From a bacterium (lineage in GTDB: Bacteria; Armatimonadota; Zipacnadia; Zipacnadales; Zipacnadaceae), in contig JAUVZM010000005.1 in assembly GCA_030602615.1 (NCBI GenBank), positions 5,094-69,093 of the forward strand: DNA of 64,000 nucleotides. Reading direction: 5' to 3'. Below the pieces are notes generated by a model that saw only the letters and a list, made by a program, of their open reading frames with translations, made no database searches and was not told where the DNA came from. The translations under genes were made by a program, and so were the position numbers. Below are positions 46,901 to 55,987 of this stretch, piece after piece. Position 1 is the stretch's first letter. The number at the start of each line of letters is the position of its first letter.

Positions 46901-49900
46901 CGGCAGATGGTCGTCTTCTCGGGTGTATCAGGCTCGGGCAAGACCTCCCTGGCAGTAGACACCATCTACGCCGAAGGTCAGCGGCGCTTTGTCGAATCGC
47001 TATCTTCCTATGCCCGCCAATTTGTCAGCGAGATGCCCAAGCCCAAGGTAGACCGGGTCCGGGGCCTATCGCCGGCGGTAGCTATTGACCCGCGCAACAC
47101 GGTCCAGACGCCGCGCTCAACTGTCGGCACAATGACCGAGATATACGACTACCTGCGGGTGCTGTACGCCCGGCTGGGTGTTCCCCACTGCCCGGAGTGC
47201 GGCAGCAACCTGGGTGCAGCCTCCGTTGATGATATTGTTGACCGCCTGCTGAGCAAGCTGCACCGCCGCGAGATTATGATCCTGGCGCCTCTCCAGCCTA
47301 AAGCCACCGAAGAATACCAGGAACTGCTCGAACGGCTACAGCGGCAGGGCTGGGTGCGCATTCGCCTGGACGGACAAATCCAGCGGCTGCCGTTTGCCTC
47401 TGCGCCGGACCGGCGCAGCCACCACAAACTTGAACTGGTGGTAGACCGCCTGCGCGTGGCAGAAAAGCACAGGTCGCGCCTCGCTGAAGCCGTGGAGACC
47501 GCCCTTGCCGTCGGAGGGGGGCAAGTAATAGCAGCACCTACGGCTGAGACGGCCGCACCAGACGAAGAGCTGACTTTTTCCAGCGAGCTTTCCTGCCCTA
47601 ACTGCGGCACCGCCTACCAGGAATTAGAGCCGCGCAGCTATTCGTTCAACCATGCCCAGGGCTGGTGCCCGGTTTGCGAAGGGCTCGGCACTCAACCAGG
47701 TGTAGAACCGGCGGCGCTGGTGCCGGACGAGAGCAAGTCAATCCGCGAGGGCGCCGTCAGTCTGTGGGGGCCATTGGAACGGGACAGCCTGCTGTATAAG
47801 CTGCTTGCCGCGGTCGCGGAAGCCGCCGGGTTCAGTCTCAATCAGCCCTTTGCCGAGTTGACGTTCGCCCAGCGGAATCTTGTCTTTTCCGGCGGTGATG
47901 AGCAATTCACCGTTGACGGGATGACTGTGCGATTCAAGGGATTAGTGGAAGGTATCCGGTCGGCAGTGCAGTTGGGCGATAAGATGCGGCGCAGATTTGC
48001 CCGCGCCTGGACCGATGTGCCCTGCCACGCCTGCGGTGGAGGACGGCTGCGTCCCGAGCCCGCCGCCACTCGCTTTCGTACTCACACACTGCCTGAGCTG
48101 TGCCGCTACTCACTGGAAGAGGCACTCGGCTTTTTCGAGCAACTCGACCTATCATCCACTGAAGAGCAGCGCGCCGGAGAGATTCCTGAAGAGGTGCTCA
48201 GCCGGCTGCGGCTGCTGGTGGATATCGGCCTCGATTATCTCACATTGGATCGGCCAGCAGCGTCACTTTCCGGCGGGGAGGCCCAGCGTATCAAGCTGGC
48301 CAGCCAGCTCCGATCCGGACTCACCGGCGTACTTTATGTGCTCGACGAGCCGACTGTCGGCGTTCATCCCCGCGACAATGAGCGGATGCTGGCGGCGCTG
48401 GATTCGCTGCGGGATTTGGGCAACAGCCTCATCATCGTCGAGCACGACCCCCAGACCATCAACCGGGCTGACTATGTTATGGACTTCGGACCGGGCGCCG
48501 GCCGCGAGGGTGGCGAGATAATCGCCACTGGCACCCAACGAGGCATCAGGCGGCGCAACTCGCCGACCGGCCACTACCTGGCCGGCAAGCTGGCTGTCCC
48601 TGTTCCTCAACCCCGGCGGTGGCCCAATGACGGCAACAATAGTGAACTGAAGATTCTGGGCGCGGCCCATCATAATCTCAAAGATGTTGATGTAACCGTC
48701 CCGCTGGGCTGCCTGGTTTGCGTCACCGGCCCGTCTGGCTCCGGCAAAAGCTCGCTTATCGAGGAGATCCTTTATCCGGAGCTGGCCTGGCGGCTGCAGG
48801 GCAAAGCGACTACGCCAGGGCGGCATCGGGACATCATCGGCAGCGAAGCTGTTGACAGGGTGATAAATATCGACCAGTCGCCGATCGGCCAGTCGCCGCG
48901 CTCCAACGCCGCTACTTACACCGGCATCTTTGACCTGATCCGCGAGTTCTATGCCAGCCTGCCGGAGGCGCGCATGCGCGGCTATACCTCCGGCTGGTTT
49001 AGCTTTAACAATGCGGGAGGGCGTTGCGAACACTGCCAGGGGATGGGGACAATCCACGTGGAGATGCACTTTCTGCCCGATGTCTGGGTGACCTGCGAGG
49101 AGTGTCAGGGGCGGCGGTACAAGCCGGAGATACTGGAGATCGAATACAAACACCGCAATATCTCTGATATTCTAGAAACAACTGCCGCTGAAGCATTGGA
49201 GCTGTTTGCTGACTTTCCCAGGTTGCACCGGATGCTTAGCGTAATGTGCCAGGTCGGGCTGGGCTACCTTCCGCTGGGGCAAGCTGCGCCCACCCTGTCG
49301 GGAGGCGAGGCCCAGCGGGTCAAGCTGGTCCGCGAACTGGCCCGGCCCCGCCGCGGTCATACTATCTATCTGCTGGATGAGCCGACCACTGGCCTGCATC
49401 CCGCCGACATCATCAAGCTGCTATGCGTGCTAAATCGGTTGGTCGAACAGGGCAATACAATGGTGGTCATTGAGCACAACCTTGACGTCATAAAGACTGC
49501 TGACTACGTCATTGACCTGGGGTCGGGAGGTGGCGACCGGGGCGGGGAGGTGTGCGCTGCCGGTACTCCCGAGCAAGTTGCCCAAAGCGATTCACCTACT
49601 GCTATTTACCTGAAGAAGGCGCTGGCAGCAAGTCCCACGGTCGGTCGCCAGGAGCTAACCGCACCGCTGCTGGAGACCAAACCCGGCGGCAAGGTGGCGG
49701 CAATGCGCTCGGAGGTCCAGGCGCCCTGGCAGCGCGACCCGGCAAAGTGGCATCAGGAGCAGCGCACAACCGCCGACGGCGAGCAGCGCGCCTGGGATGT
49801 CGAAGCGCTCACTGTGCTCGAGGAAGCTATCAGCCAGCTAGCCGACCCACCCGACGGAGACTGGGAGCATCCCCGCTACATCAAGTATCAGCTCGATGGC

Positions 49901-50215
49901 TCCAGCGACTGGTTCGTGCGGGCGCGCACCGACAAGAAATGGTACCTGGACCTGCAACTGCGCACCGAAAAGGGACTTCTTGACGAAGTGCAACTGGCCC
50001 AGCGCCTTGCTCTGCCCACCTGGAACGAGATTGAAGACCTGCCCAAGTACGGCGAGGGCGCTCGCGTGCGGGTACACACCCGTGCTGCTGACTACGACAG
50101 GATTAGCCTGCAGATCTTCTCGGCCGATGACCTGCGTCAGCCACAGTTTGCCAGCTTTCTGGCAACTTGCTACCAGGGCTACCGGCGCATGATCGGATGG
50201 AAGGAGGGCGGCTGA
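43949..50215 (+). CDS. uvrA: tandem-fused double UvrA (two complete UvrA modules in one 2088-aa chain) with a ~190-aa uncharacterised C-terminal domain
   Basis: Module 1 (~aa 1-955) and module 2 (~aa 960-1890) each carry two ABC ATPase domains: Walker A GISGSGKSS / GVSGSGKSS and GVSGSGKTS / GPSGSGKSS, plus LSGGEAQR signatures. Each also has zinc-finger CxxC pairs and a UvrB-binding-like region (ILAPL...VVVDR). The frame is continuous with no internal stop. The ~190-aa C-terminal tail has no recognised family. Confidence 0.8.
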   Translation: MADDTIRIRGAAQHNLRKVDLDLPKNRLIVFTGISGSGKSSLAFDTLFAEGQRLYVESLSTYARQFLQEMPRPQVDSIEGLAPAVAIDQAKRSHNPRSTVATITEIYDHLRVLFAAIGTLHCPKCGREVGAQTRESVIQRIVGLASESTMQILAPLERGRKGQFKELFADLRQAGYAHARVDGRFIHLTEPPELDRYRRHDVEVVVDRLAAGAHSPSRIGEAIDIAFDLGEGNLIAVPEDGEDILFSRNFACPDCQISIPEPTHTSFSFNSPRGMCPTCEGLGEARTIDPELLVAHPDRSLASGAIPLLRSLRSARRRHWYQGVADHYGFTLDTPWKELTEKQRHALLYGSGEELIEFYYRHARHGWEWRHADVWEGIIPGLTHRYKRAESRLLRQRFEQVIRQQPCPDCHGQRLRPESLAVTIGGKSIAAITGLTVDQAGEFFAKLTLNENDALIAEDALKEITERLSFLKEVGLHYLTLDRTAPTLSSGEAQRIRLAGQVGSGLTDCLYVLDEPSIGLHYRDQGRLLEALKRLRDLDNTVIVAEHDEQTITNADYVVDFGPGAGAQGGQIVSVGTVTEIKNDLDSLTGDYLAGRRSIPIPSQRRDGNGASLTLCGAQHNNLKDIDVKFPLGRFVCITGVSGSGKSSLIADTLHPILAAELHSAETEPGEFDHLEGIENVRKVVMIDQSPIGRTPRSCPATYTKVFDDIRRLYAQLPASRERGYTPGRFSFNVKEGRCPHCDGYGAVKLQSDFLADVWVQCEECHGQRFDRETLTIQYKGAGIAEVLDMEVSRALEHFANVPKIKRVLQVLADVGLGYIKLGQSATTLSGGEAQRVKLARELARPQQGDCLYLLDEPTTGLHFEDVRHLLALLGRMVDGGNTVIIIEHHPDIIKTADYVIDLGPEGGEEGGEVVATGTPEQVAKCRRSHTGQLLDQILNGADGSQPIPRVGTQRRSSQPKCEAIQVWGAREHNLKNISARVPRRQMVVFSGVSGSGKTSLAVDTIYAEGQRRFVESLSSYARQFVSEMPKPKVDRVRGLSPAVAIDPRNTVQTPRSTVGTMTEIYDYLRVLYARLGVPHCPECGSNLGAASVDDIVDRLLSKLHRREIMILAPLQPKATEEYQELLERLQRQGWVRIRLDGQIQRLPFASAPDRRSHHKLELVVDRLRVAEKHRSRLAEAVETALAVGGGQVIAAPTAETAAPDEELTFSSELSCPNCGTAYQELEPRSYSFNHAQGWCPVCEGLGTQPGVEPAALVPDESKSIREGAVSLWGPLERDSLLYKLLAAVAEAAGFSLNQPFAELTFAQRNLVFSGGDEQFTVDGMTVRFKGLVEGIRSAVQLGDKMRRRFARAWTDVPCHACGGGRLRPEPAATRFRTHTLPELCRYSLEEALGFFEQLDLSSTEEQRAGEIPEEVLSRLRLLVDIGLDYLTLDRPAASLSGGEAQRIKLASQLRSGLTGVLYVLDEPTVGVHPRDNERMLAALDSLRDLGNSLIIVEHDPQTINRADYVMDFGPGAGREGGEIIATGTQRGIRRRNSPTGHYLAGKLAVPVPQPRRWPNDGNNSELKILGAAHHNLKDVDVTVPLGCLVCVTGPSGSGKSSLIEEILYPELAWRLQGKATTPGRHRDIIGSEAVDRVINIDQSPIGQSPRSNAATYTGIFDLIREFYASLPEARMRGYTSGWFSFNNAGGRCEHCQGMGTIHVEMHFLPDVWVTCEECQGRRYKPEILEIEYKHRNISDILETTAAEALELFADFPRLHRMLSVMCQVGLGYLPLGQAAPTLSGGEAQRVKLVRELARPRRGHTIYLLDEPTTGLHPADIIKLLCVLNRLVEQGNTMVVIEHNLDVIKTADYVIDLGSGGGDRGGEVCAAGTPEQVAQSDSPTAIYLKKALAASPTVGRQELTAPLLETKPGGKVAAMRSEVQAPWQRDPAKWHQEQRTTADGEQRAWDVEALTVLEEAISQLADPPDGDWEHPRYIKYQLDGSSDWFVRARTDKKWYLDLQLRTEKGLLDEVQLAQRLALPTWNEIEDLPKYGEGARVRVHTRAADYDRISLQIFSADDLRQPQFASFLATCYQGYRRMIGWKEGG

Positions 50216-50847
50216 TGCAGTTTCTCTCCCGGCTACTCTTTCAGATCACCGCCGACTGCCCACGGGTCTCCGATGCCGTGAATATGGCACCGGAAGACTG
50301 GCCGGACGGGCTACTGCCACCACTGGGTGAACTGGACAGCGAGCAACTATTTGCGCGCGTGTACGTAAGTTGGAATGAGAGCGGGCTCTACATAGCCAGT
50401 AACATTCCCCGTGGCGGTCGGCTGGTCGGCAATCGCCAGCGGCCCGACTCGGGGGACTGCCTGCAACTGTGGATTGACACTAGCCCTGAAGAAGGTCGGC
50501 GCCGGGCTGACAGGCACTGCTACCACTTCATTATCCTGCCCCAGGTGCCCGGCGGCGACAAGCCCGTGGCGTGGCAGCAGCATATCCGCCGTGCTCGCGG
50601 CCGCCCGCCGCTGTGCGATCCCCAGCAGATACAGGCCATGGTCAAGCAAGAAGAGGAAGCCTATCAGATGCTGGTGGGCCTGCCCACCACGGAGTGTCTC
50701 GATTTCACGCCCCAGGCCGGGACGGAGGTCGGCTTCAACTATCTGCTCAACGATACCAGCCTCGGTCGGCAGTTGTGGAGTTGTCCTCACCACGCAGATT
50801 ACGCAAAAGACCCCAGTTGCTGGGGCCGGTTGCGCCTGGTTGAGTAA
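50215..50847 (+). CDS. CBM9-like / DOMON-like domain protein, translationally coupled to the double UvrA (no signal peptide)
   Basis: The ATG overlaps the UvrA stop (TGATG) and has an AAGGAGGG RBS. The motifs ARVYVSWNESGLYIASNI...DCLQLWIDT and FNYLLND resemble the CBM9-like family. Confidence 0.45.
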   Translation: MQFLSRLLFQITADCPRVSDAVNMAPEDWPDGLLPPLGELDSEQLFARVYVSWNESGLYIASNIPRGGRLVGNRQRPDSGDCLQLWIDTSPEEGRRRADRHCYHFIILPQVPGGDKPVAWQQHIRRARGRPPLCDPQQIQAMVKQEEEAYQMLVGLPTTECLDFTPQAGTEVGFNYLLNDTSLGRQLWSCPHHADYAKDPSCWGRLRLVE

Positions 50848-51082
50848 AATTGATAAACAGATTTCGCGGAAAACCCGCTTTTTGAAAAAAGCCGGTTTTC
50901 CGCACCTTTCCGACAAAACTTTACAAGTGGAACAGTACGACAGATAGCGTACTGTTATCCCTCACAGGGGTCGAATACTTTCCACTAAGGGGCCGCTTGC
51001 AAACGGCTTTGACGCGGCAAGACATCTTTGTATTTCGGTTCGTGAATAATCCGCGATAGTCGAATAAGAGCTGCCAGCCATC

Positions 51083-52828
51083 CTACGCCAAAAAATGCTC
51101 CAGCAATGCAATCTCCGCCTCATTGGTCCAGCTATTGCCTGGCCCCAGCTTTTCCGCTACGCCAGGCAATCGCTCATTCAACTCATCGAGGGACGTCAGG
51201 GGCAGGCCCTCAATCTGGGGATAGATGACTATCTTTCCGGGCACCTCGCCGTCCTGGACCGCGTCCATGCCTGCGCGCGCCGCCTTGATGCCACCAATCG
51301 CCGCCACCGACAGGTTCGGGGAAAGCTGGCCGCTCTCGGTCATATGCAGCGTGGCCTCCAGATCGTGAATGCGCGAGCCACTGGTGCCGGTGTAGCGGAT
51401 ACCGTCCAAAGCCACCGAACTGAGATTTATCTGCCCCATCGTACCCCGTGGCATACCCGCAAAGAAATTAACCACGCCGCCGTCAGCTACGTACTGGGCC
51501 GACTGCACCGCCAGGGGCGCGACCGGCACCATAACTACAACATCGTTGAAACCGTCGGGGGCAATCTCGCGTAGACGTCGGTCGAAGGTCTCCGGGCCCA
51601 GCTCCTCGGGATTCAAACAGATCAACTGCTTCCCCAACTCGTCAGCAACCGGCATGAACTGCTCGGTAACCACTGCCAGCCGGCCCGCCGCAATGTCGGT
51701 GGCTACCACCACCTGGGGCCCGTCGGGACTCTCCAGGGCAAGCTGGACGTGCATCTGGCCCATCGGCCCGCCGCCACCAACCATAAGGACCCTGCCACCG
51801 GCTGCCAGGCGCGGGTTACGGCTGGCGCTGTAAGCCTCGGAGATATCAGGCCCTCGGCAGCCCAGGTAGCGGATGTAGTCATAATGAATTCGGCCCAGGT
51901 CAATCTCGACTGCCCGGACAAGCGGTTGATCGGTTACCAGCACCAGCGCGCCTTCGCGACCCAGGGCGGCGGCGGTGGCTTCAACCAGGTCAGGCGCCGG
52001 CTGGCCCAGCAGAATTATGTCATCGAAGCCGTCGGGTGCCACTTCCTTTTTCAACTCATCTATTGACTCGGCTGCGGCGCTGGGCACTTCCTGAAGCTGT
52101 GCTCCCCACTTCAGTGCTGCCGTCTCAAGTTCTTCACGAAGCTGCTCAGATACCCCGGTGTAGCGTATCTTGTCGGGGCCCTGCTCCTCCTCAGCCAAAG
52201 CTCCCAGAGAATAGGCTTCTAGTTTTTCGCTGCCGATAAACCAGGCCACTCCGCCGGGGCCAAGCCGGCGGCGGAAGTCAGTATGATAAGCATGAATCAC
52301 ACACGCCCACGGCTCCGACAGCGCTGTCTCGGCATAGCCGGTCTCAGGTCGGACCGGAATGAGATACAGCCCTTCGTCGCCGGCCAGAATCTCCTTGCCC
52401 AGCAGCACGTACTGTTCAAAGGCACCGGGCAGCATATACCCAAAGGCCAGGTTCACACCCTGAAAGAAGACATCCGCCTGCACCACAAAGCGGTCACCTA
52501 TACTGAATCTGTCAGCAATGTCGCTGCCGACCTTGACAATGGTTAGAGCTGCCTCGTGGCCGGGGACTATGGGATCAGCGGCCAGGTCGCGACCATACAG
52601 GCGGGGGTGCTCGCCGCCCAGGCGCAGTATCTTCACATCACTGAAGCACAGGCTGGCGGCGTCCACCCGCGCCAGCAGCTCTCGGGAGGTCGGCTGAGGG
52701 ACTTCTACTTCCACTGGCTGCTCATCGCGGCCGAAGCTTTCCAGGCCCGCCCCGAACACCTGCCAGGCCTTCATAGCTGCGGGAATCTCCTGCTGGCCCG
52801 AACGATACCGCTTCACAAAATCATTCAT
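51083..52828 (-). CDS. medium-chain dehydrogenase/reductase (zinc-binding ADH family) with an extended C-terminal nucleotide-binding region
   Basis: An N-terminal GroES-like ADH domain (CFSDVKIL, PGHE) is followed by two Rossmann-like glycine-rich motifs (VLMVGGGGPMG). The start is taken at ATG 52828. Confidence 0.7.
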   Translation of the reverse strand: MNDFVKRYRSGQQEIPAAMKAWQVFGAGLESFGRDEQPVEVEVPQPTSRELLARVDAASLCFSDVKILRLGGEHPRLYGRDLAADPIVPGHEAALTIVKVGSDIADRFSIGDRFVVQADVFFQGVNLAFGYMLPGAFEQYVLLGKEILAGDEGLYLIPVRPETGYAETALSEPWACVIHAYHTDFRRRLGPGGVAWFIGSEKLEAYSLGALAEEEQGPDKIRYTGVSEQLREELETAALKWGAQLQEVPSAAAESIDELKKEVAPDGFDDIILLGQPAPDLVEATAAALGREGALVLVTDQPLVRAVEIDLGRIHYDYIRYLGCRGPDISEAYSASRNPRLAAGGRVLMVGGGGPMGQMHVQLALESPDGPQVVVATDIAAGRLAVVTEQFMPVADELGKQLICLNPEELGPETFDRRLREIAPDGFNDVVVMVPVAPLAVQSAQYVADGGVVNFFAGMPRGTMGQINLSSVALDGIRYTGTSGSRIHDLEATLHMTESGQLSPNLSVAAIGGIKAARAGMDAVQDGEVPGKIVIYPQIEGLPLTSLDELNERLPGVAEKLGPGNSWTNEAEIALLEHFLA

Positions 52829-52975
52829 ATGGCATTCTCCTGGCGAGAGTAAATCAACTTGAGGACCTCCAAATGCATCCACCACAGCTTGGGTGCTGGG
52901 GAATCTGCGTCCCGGAGCCACAAAATGGGCCAGGTAATATTTGAGCTTAGTCGGACAAACGCTGGCCGATGCTGG

Positions 52976-53812
52976 TTAGTGCTTGGTAATTACCAGGCCC
53001 ACAACAGGCCGATCCAGGTCGGAATAGCCGAAGTAGCCCAGCGCGATCCATCTCTGCCTCTCACTGTATTCCTCGGCACTTCGTCCCAGTCCACTCAGGG
53101 CCAGGCCGGCATTCACTTGCATCCCATCATATTCCGTTACCAGGGTCAACCCACCAGTCACCGGTATTGATAGTCCCCCGAAAGGATTGCTGTCAAACCG
53201 CCCATCCCCCCAGCCGATGGTCAAATAGCTATCACCGAATAGATCAAAAGGTCGGGTGGCTACACCGTAAATTGAACGTGCCCCGTAAGGATCGCCGGCG
53301 TAGTCGTCGCGCTGGTTAAGGATATCCTGGACGCCAACGGCCAGGGCCCAACCCCGTTGGCCGCCGTCAGCCAGTTGGTACTGGAAGTTGTAGGCTTCCT
53401 CGATGTGGCTGCCGGTCATCATCCAGGATCCGTACATTCCATGGCCGGGCCTTCCCGCACCCAGCCCAATGAATGCCGTGCCGTTGACATCGTCCCCACT
53501 AAAGCCGATTTCCACGCTGCCGGTGTTGCTGCCGCTGTTGCAGCCTATCACCCAGTTATCGGCGCTCGGGGTGTAGGCCACCGGGACATTCTGCTGCAGC
53601 GCGCCGTCGAAGCCGACCTGGCCGGCGGGGCTGACTCCAAACATATTACCCGGCAGGGTCGAGGAGTGACGGAACTGGTAGAATTCGTTCCAGTCGGTGT
53701 CGGCCAGGACGGGGCTGACCAGCATAAATACAAGCAGCACAACTGCCGCCAGTAAGTAGCACTGTACCGGTGTCCTATCACTGCCGTAGTATGCCGGTGA
53801 CAATGTTTTCAT
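52976..53812 (-). CDS. hypothetical secreted protein, Gly/aromatic-rich (possible outer-membrane beta-barrel)
   Basis: A signal peptide is present (LLAAVVLLVFMLVSPVLA). There are many G/Y/F/W and alternating hydrophobics. No family was assigned. Confidence 0.4.
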   Translation of the reverse strand: MKTLSPAYYGSDRTPVQCYLLAAVVLLVFMLVSPVLADTDWNEFYQFRHSSTLPGNMFGVSPAGQVGFDGALQQNVPVAYTPSADNWVIGCNSGSNTGSVEIGFSGDDVNGTAFIGLGAGRPGHGMYGSWMMTGSHIEEAYNFQYQLADGGQRGWALAVGVQDILNQRDDYAGDPYGARSIYGVATRPFDLFGDSYLTIGWGDGRFDSNPFGGLSIPVTGGLTLVTEYDGMQVNAGLALSGLGRSAEEYSERQRWIALGYFGYSDLDRPVVGLVITKH

Positions 53813-53906
53813 TGCGCGACCTCCTTTGTACCATTGCTATTCATTCACAGGTAACATCGTTGAAGCTGTATCCGACAATCGCTTTCGGTTGGCAGTACAG
53901 TCCGCC

Positions 53907-54443
53907 TCACTGCGATAATGTCTCCTCCAACCGCGCCAGCCGCTGTTCCAGACGAGCCTGACGCAGGGCGTTGGTCAAATCGCCGCGGGTACGCTCGATC
54001 ATCCCGCGCAGCGCGTCGGAGCGCCCGCGCAGGCCATAGCTGATGGCTTTAGGATAGTCAAAGCCCATAATGGTATGATATATTTCGTTCATAGCTTCCA
54101 GATATTCCTCGGCCTGTTCCGGGTGGTCTTCGCGGATCAGGTCAAGGACGTGGCGGCGGAATTCCCCGCCTACTTCAGCCAGGCCATTGAGCCACGGCGC
54201 ATAATCAATTTCAAGCTCTTCGGGAGTGGGCAAAGGCTGTCCGCTTATCACTGCACAGGTGATAGCCGCCTCAGCGTATTCCTTTTCAGCATCGCCCACA
54301 AATCCGCCGTAGCGCAGGGCGGGCTGGTCGCTGAACGCGCCCAACATCTGGGCAGTGGCCTGGCGAGTCTCCTCCAGAAGCTGCTCGGCCTGCTGGGGTT
54401 GGTTTCTGTGGATGCTCTTGATGCAACTGGAAGCCAGCCGCAC
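53907..54443 (-). CDS. hypothetical helical protein
   Basis: The 178-aa ORF has coding-like composition and no confident family assignment. Confidence 0.35.
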   Translation of the reverse strand: MRLASSCIKSIHRNQPQQAEQLLEETRQATAQMLGAFSDQPALRYGGFVGDAEKEYAEAAITCAVISGQPLPTPEELEIDYAPWLNGLAEVGGEFRRHVLDLIREDHPEQAEEYLEAMNEIYHTIMGFDYPKAISYGLRGRSDALRGMIERTRGDLTNALRQARLEQRLARLEETLSQ

Positions 54444-54553
54444 GACCTCCCGGGATAGGTTATAGGCTCTTTCCCGAGACTTGTCCTGCTCGCCGAAATG
54501 GGCACGGATTCGATCGCAGATCTCAGTTAAGCCACTTAGAATGATATCTCACC

Positions 54554-55105
54554 TCACCGAAGTTGCTCTGCAGCCAGTTGTGCGCCGCGCTGCAGGGCAG
54601 CGACATTTGTGGGAATGTAGTCGTGATGGCGCTCGGGCAGTATCCGATAGAGGGTCTCCTCAATTAGCTGTTCTTCGACTAACTCGGTTGTTGCCACATA
54701 GGCCCCCAGCAACACCATATTGGTAGCCCGTTCGCTGCCCAACTCCGCCGCAATATCAGTGGCCGCTACGGCTACCAGGTCAATGTCATCGCGCTTGACC
54801 TCATCGCCGGCAAGCGAGGAGTTCACAACCGCCAGTCCACCAGGCCGAACCCTGTTCAGATGGTTGTCAACGGCAATCCCATCCATGAGTATCATACTGC
54901 CTGGCTGGCCCACCACCGGGCTGCCCACCTCACCGTCAGCAATCACCAGAGTACAGGTAGCCCGGCCCCCGCGTACCTCCGGGCTGTACAGAGGAAACCA
55001 GGACAGCTCCAGGCCTGCTTCCAGAGCCGTCTGGGCCAAGAGCTGACCCGCCAACAGCACGCCCTGCCCGCCCATCCCTGCCATAAAGACTTCTTGCCGC
55101 ATCAA
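54554..55105 (-). CDS. porG: 2-oxoacid:ferredoxin oxidoreductase, gamma subunit
   Basis: The POR gamma motif AGMGGQGVLLAGQLLAQ is present and the gene follows the alpha and beta subunits. Confidence 0.8.
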   Translation of the reverse strand: MMRQEVFMAGMGGQGVLLAGQLLAQTALEAGLELSWFPLYSPEVRGGRATCTLVIADGEVGSPVVGQPGSMILMDGIAVDNHLNRVRPGGLAVVNSSLAGDEVKRDDIDLVAVAATDIAAELGSERATNMVLLGAYVATTELVEEQLIEETLYRILPERHHDYIPTNVAALQRGAQLAAEQLR

Positions 55106-55177
55106 TACCGCCTTCTCAACTCTTCACTCATATTCCTGCACAGTACTCTGTGGAGCAACCTGCCGGTAGTCGGCCGC

Positions 55178-55945
55178 CTATTGGCCCTCCGCCAATTTGT
55201 CCACAAACACCTTTAGCGGATACTGCTCGAGCATAACATCCTCAATCCATTGCAGAGCTTCCAGCGGCTTCATATGCCACCAGGTTGGACAACTGCTCAC
55301 CAGTTCTACCAGCGAGAAGCCCAGCCCGGCTGCCTGCGCCTGGAAGGCCTTCTTCAGGCTCCTTTTGGCCTGGCGAATGCGCTTGGGACTGGTCATCGTC
55401 TCCCGCGCCAGGTAAGCGACACCGGGAATCTGGGCGAGCAGCTCACAGATGTTGAGCGGATAGCCGCCCTGCTCGACGCTGCGGCCTTGTGGAGTAGTAG
55501 TCGTTTTCTGGCCCATCAACGTGGTCGGGGCCATCTGCCCCTGCGTCATCCCGAACACGGCATTATTTACAAAGATTACCGTGAAGTTCTCGGCCCGCGT
55601 CGCCGCGTGCATCACCTCGGCAAGCCCGATAGCCGCCAGGTCGCCATCGCCCTGATAAGTGAACACTATGGTATCCGGCTGGCACCGCTTGATACCAGTG
55701 GCCACTGCCGGGCCTCGGCCGTGAGCAGCTTGCACAGCGTCGGTGTCGAAATACTCATAGGCATAGACCGAACAGCCCACCGTGGCAATGGCTACCGTTC
55801 GCTCCTTAAGACCCAGCTCGTCGAGCACCTCCGCCACCAGCCGATGAGCAATGCCGTGGGTACAACCCGGGCAATAGCGCATCTGAACATCAGTCAGGCT
55901 CTCCGGCCGCTTGTATACTGATTCGGCCAGTTTGGTCTCAGCCAA
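55178..55945 (-). CDS. porB: 2-oxoacid:ferredoxin oxidoreductase, beta subunit (TPP-binding)
   Basis: A TPP-binding GDG motif (TYQGDGDLAAIG) and the POR beta N-terminus CPGCTHG are present. Confidence 0.85.
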   Translation of the reverse strand: MAETKLAESVYKRPESLTDVQMRYCPGCTHGIAHRLVAEVLDELGLKERTVAIATVGCSVYAYEYFDTDAVQAAHGRGPAVATGIKRCQPDTIVFTYQGDGDLAAIGLAEVMHAATRAENFTVIFVNNAVFGMTQGQMAPTTLMGQKTTTTPQGRSVEQGGYPLNICELLAQIPGVAYLARETMTSPKRIRQAKRSLKKAFQAQAAGLGFSLVELVSSCPTWWHMKPLEALQWIEDVMLEQYPLKVFVDKLAEGQ

Positions 55946-55987
55946 AACGGCTACCTCCTATGAATGGCTGCGTCTCTGTCGTCACGC

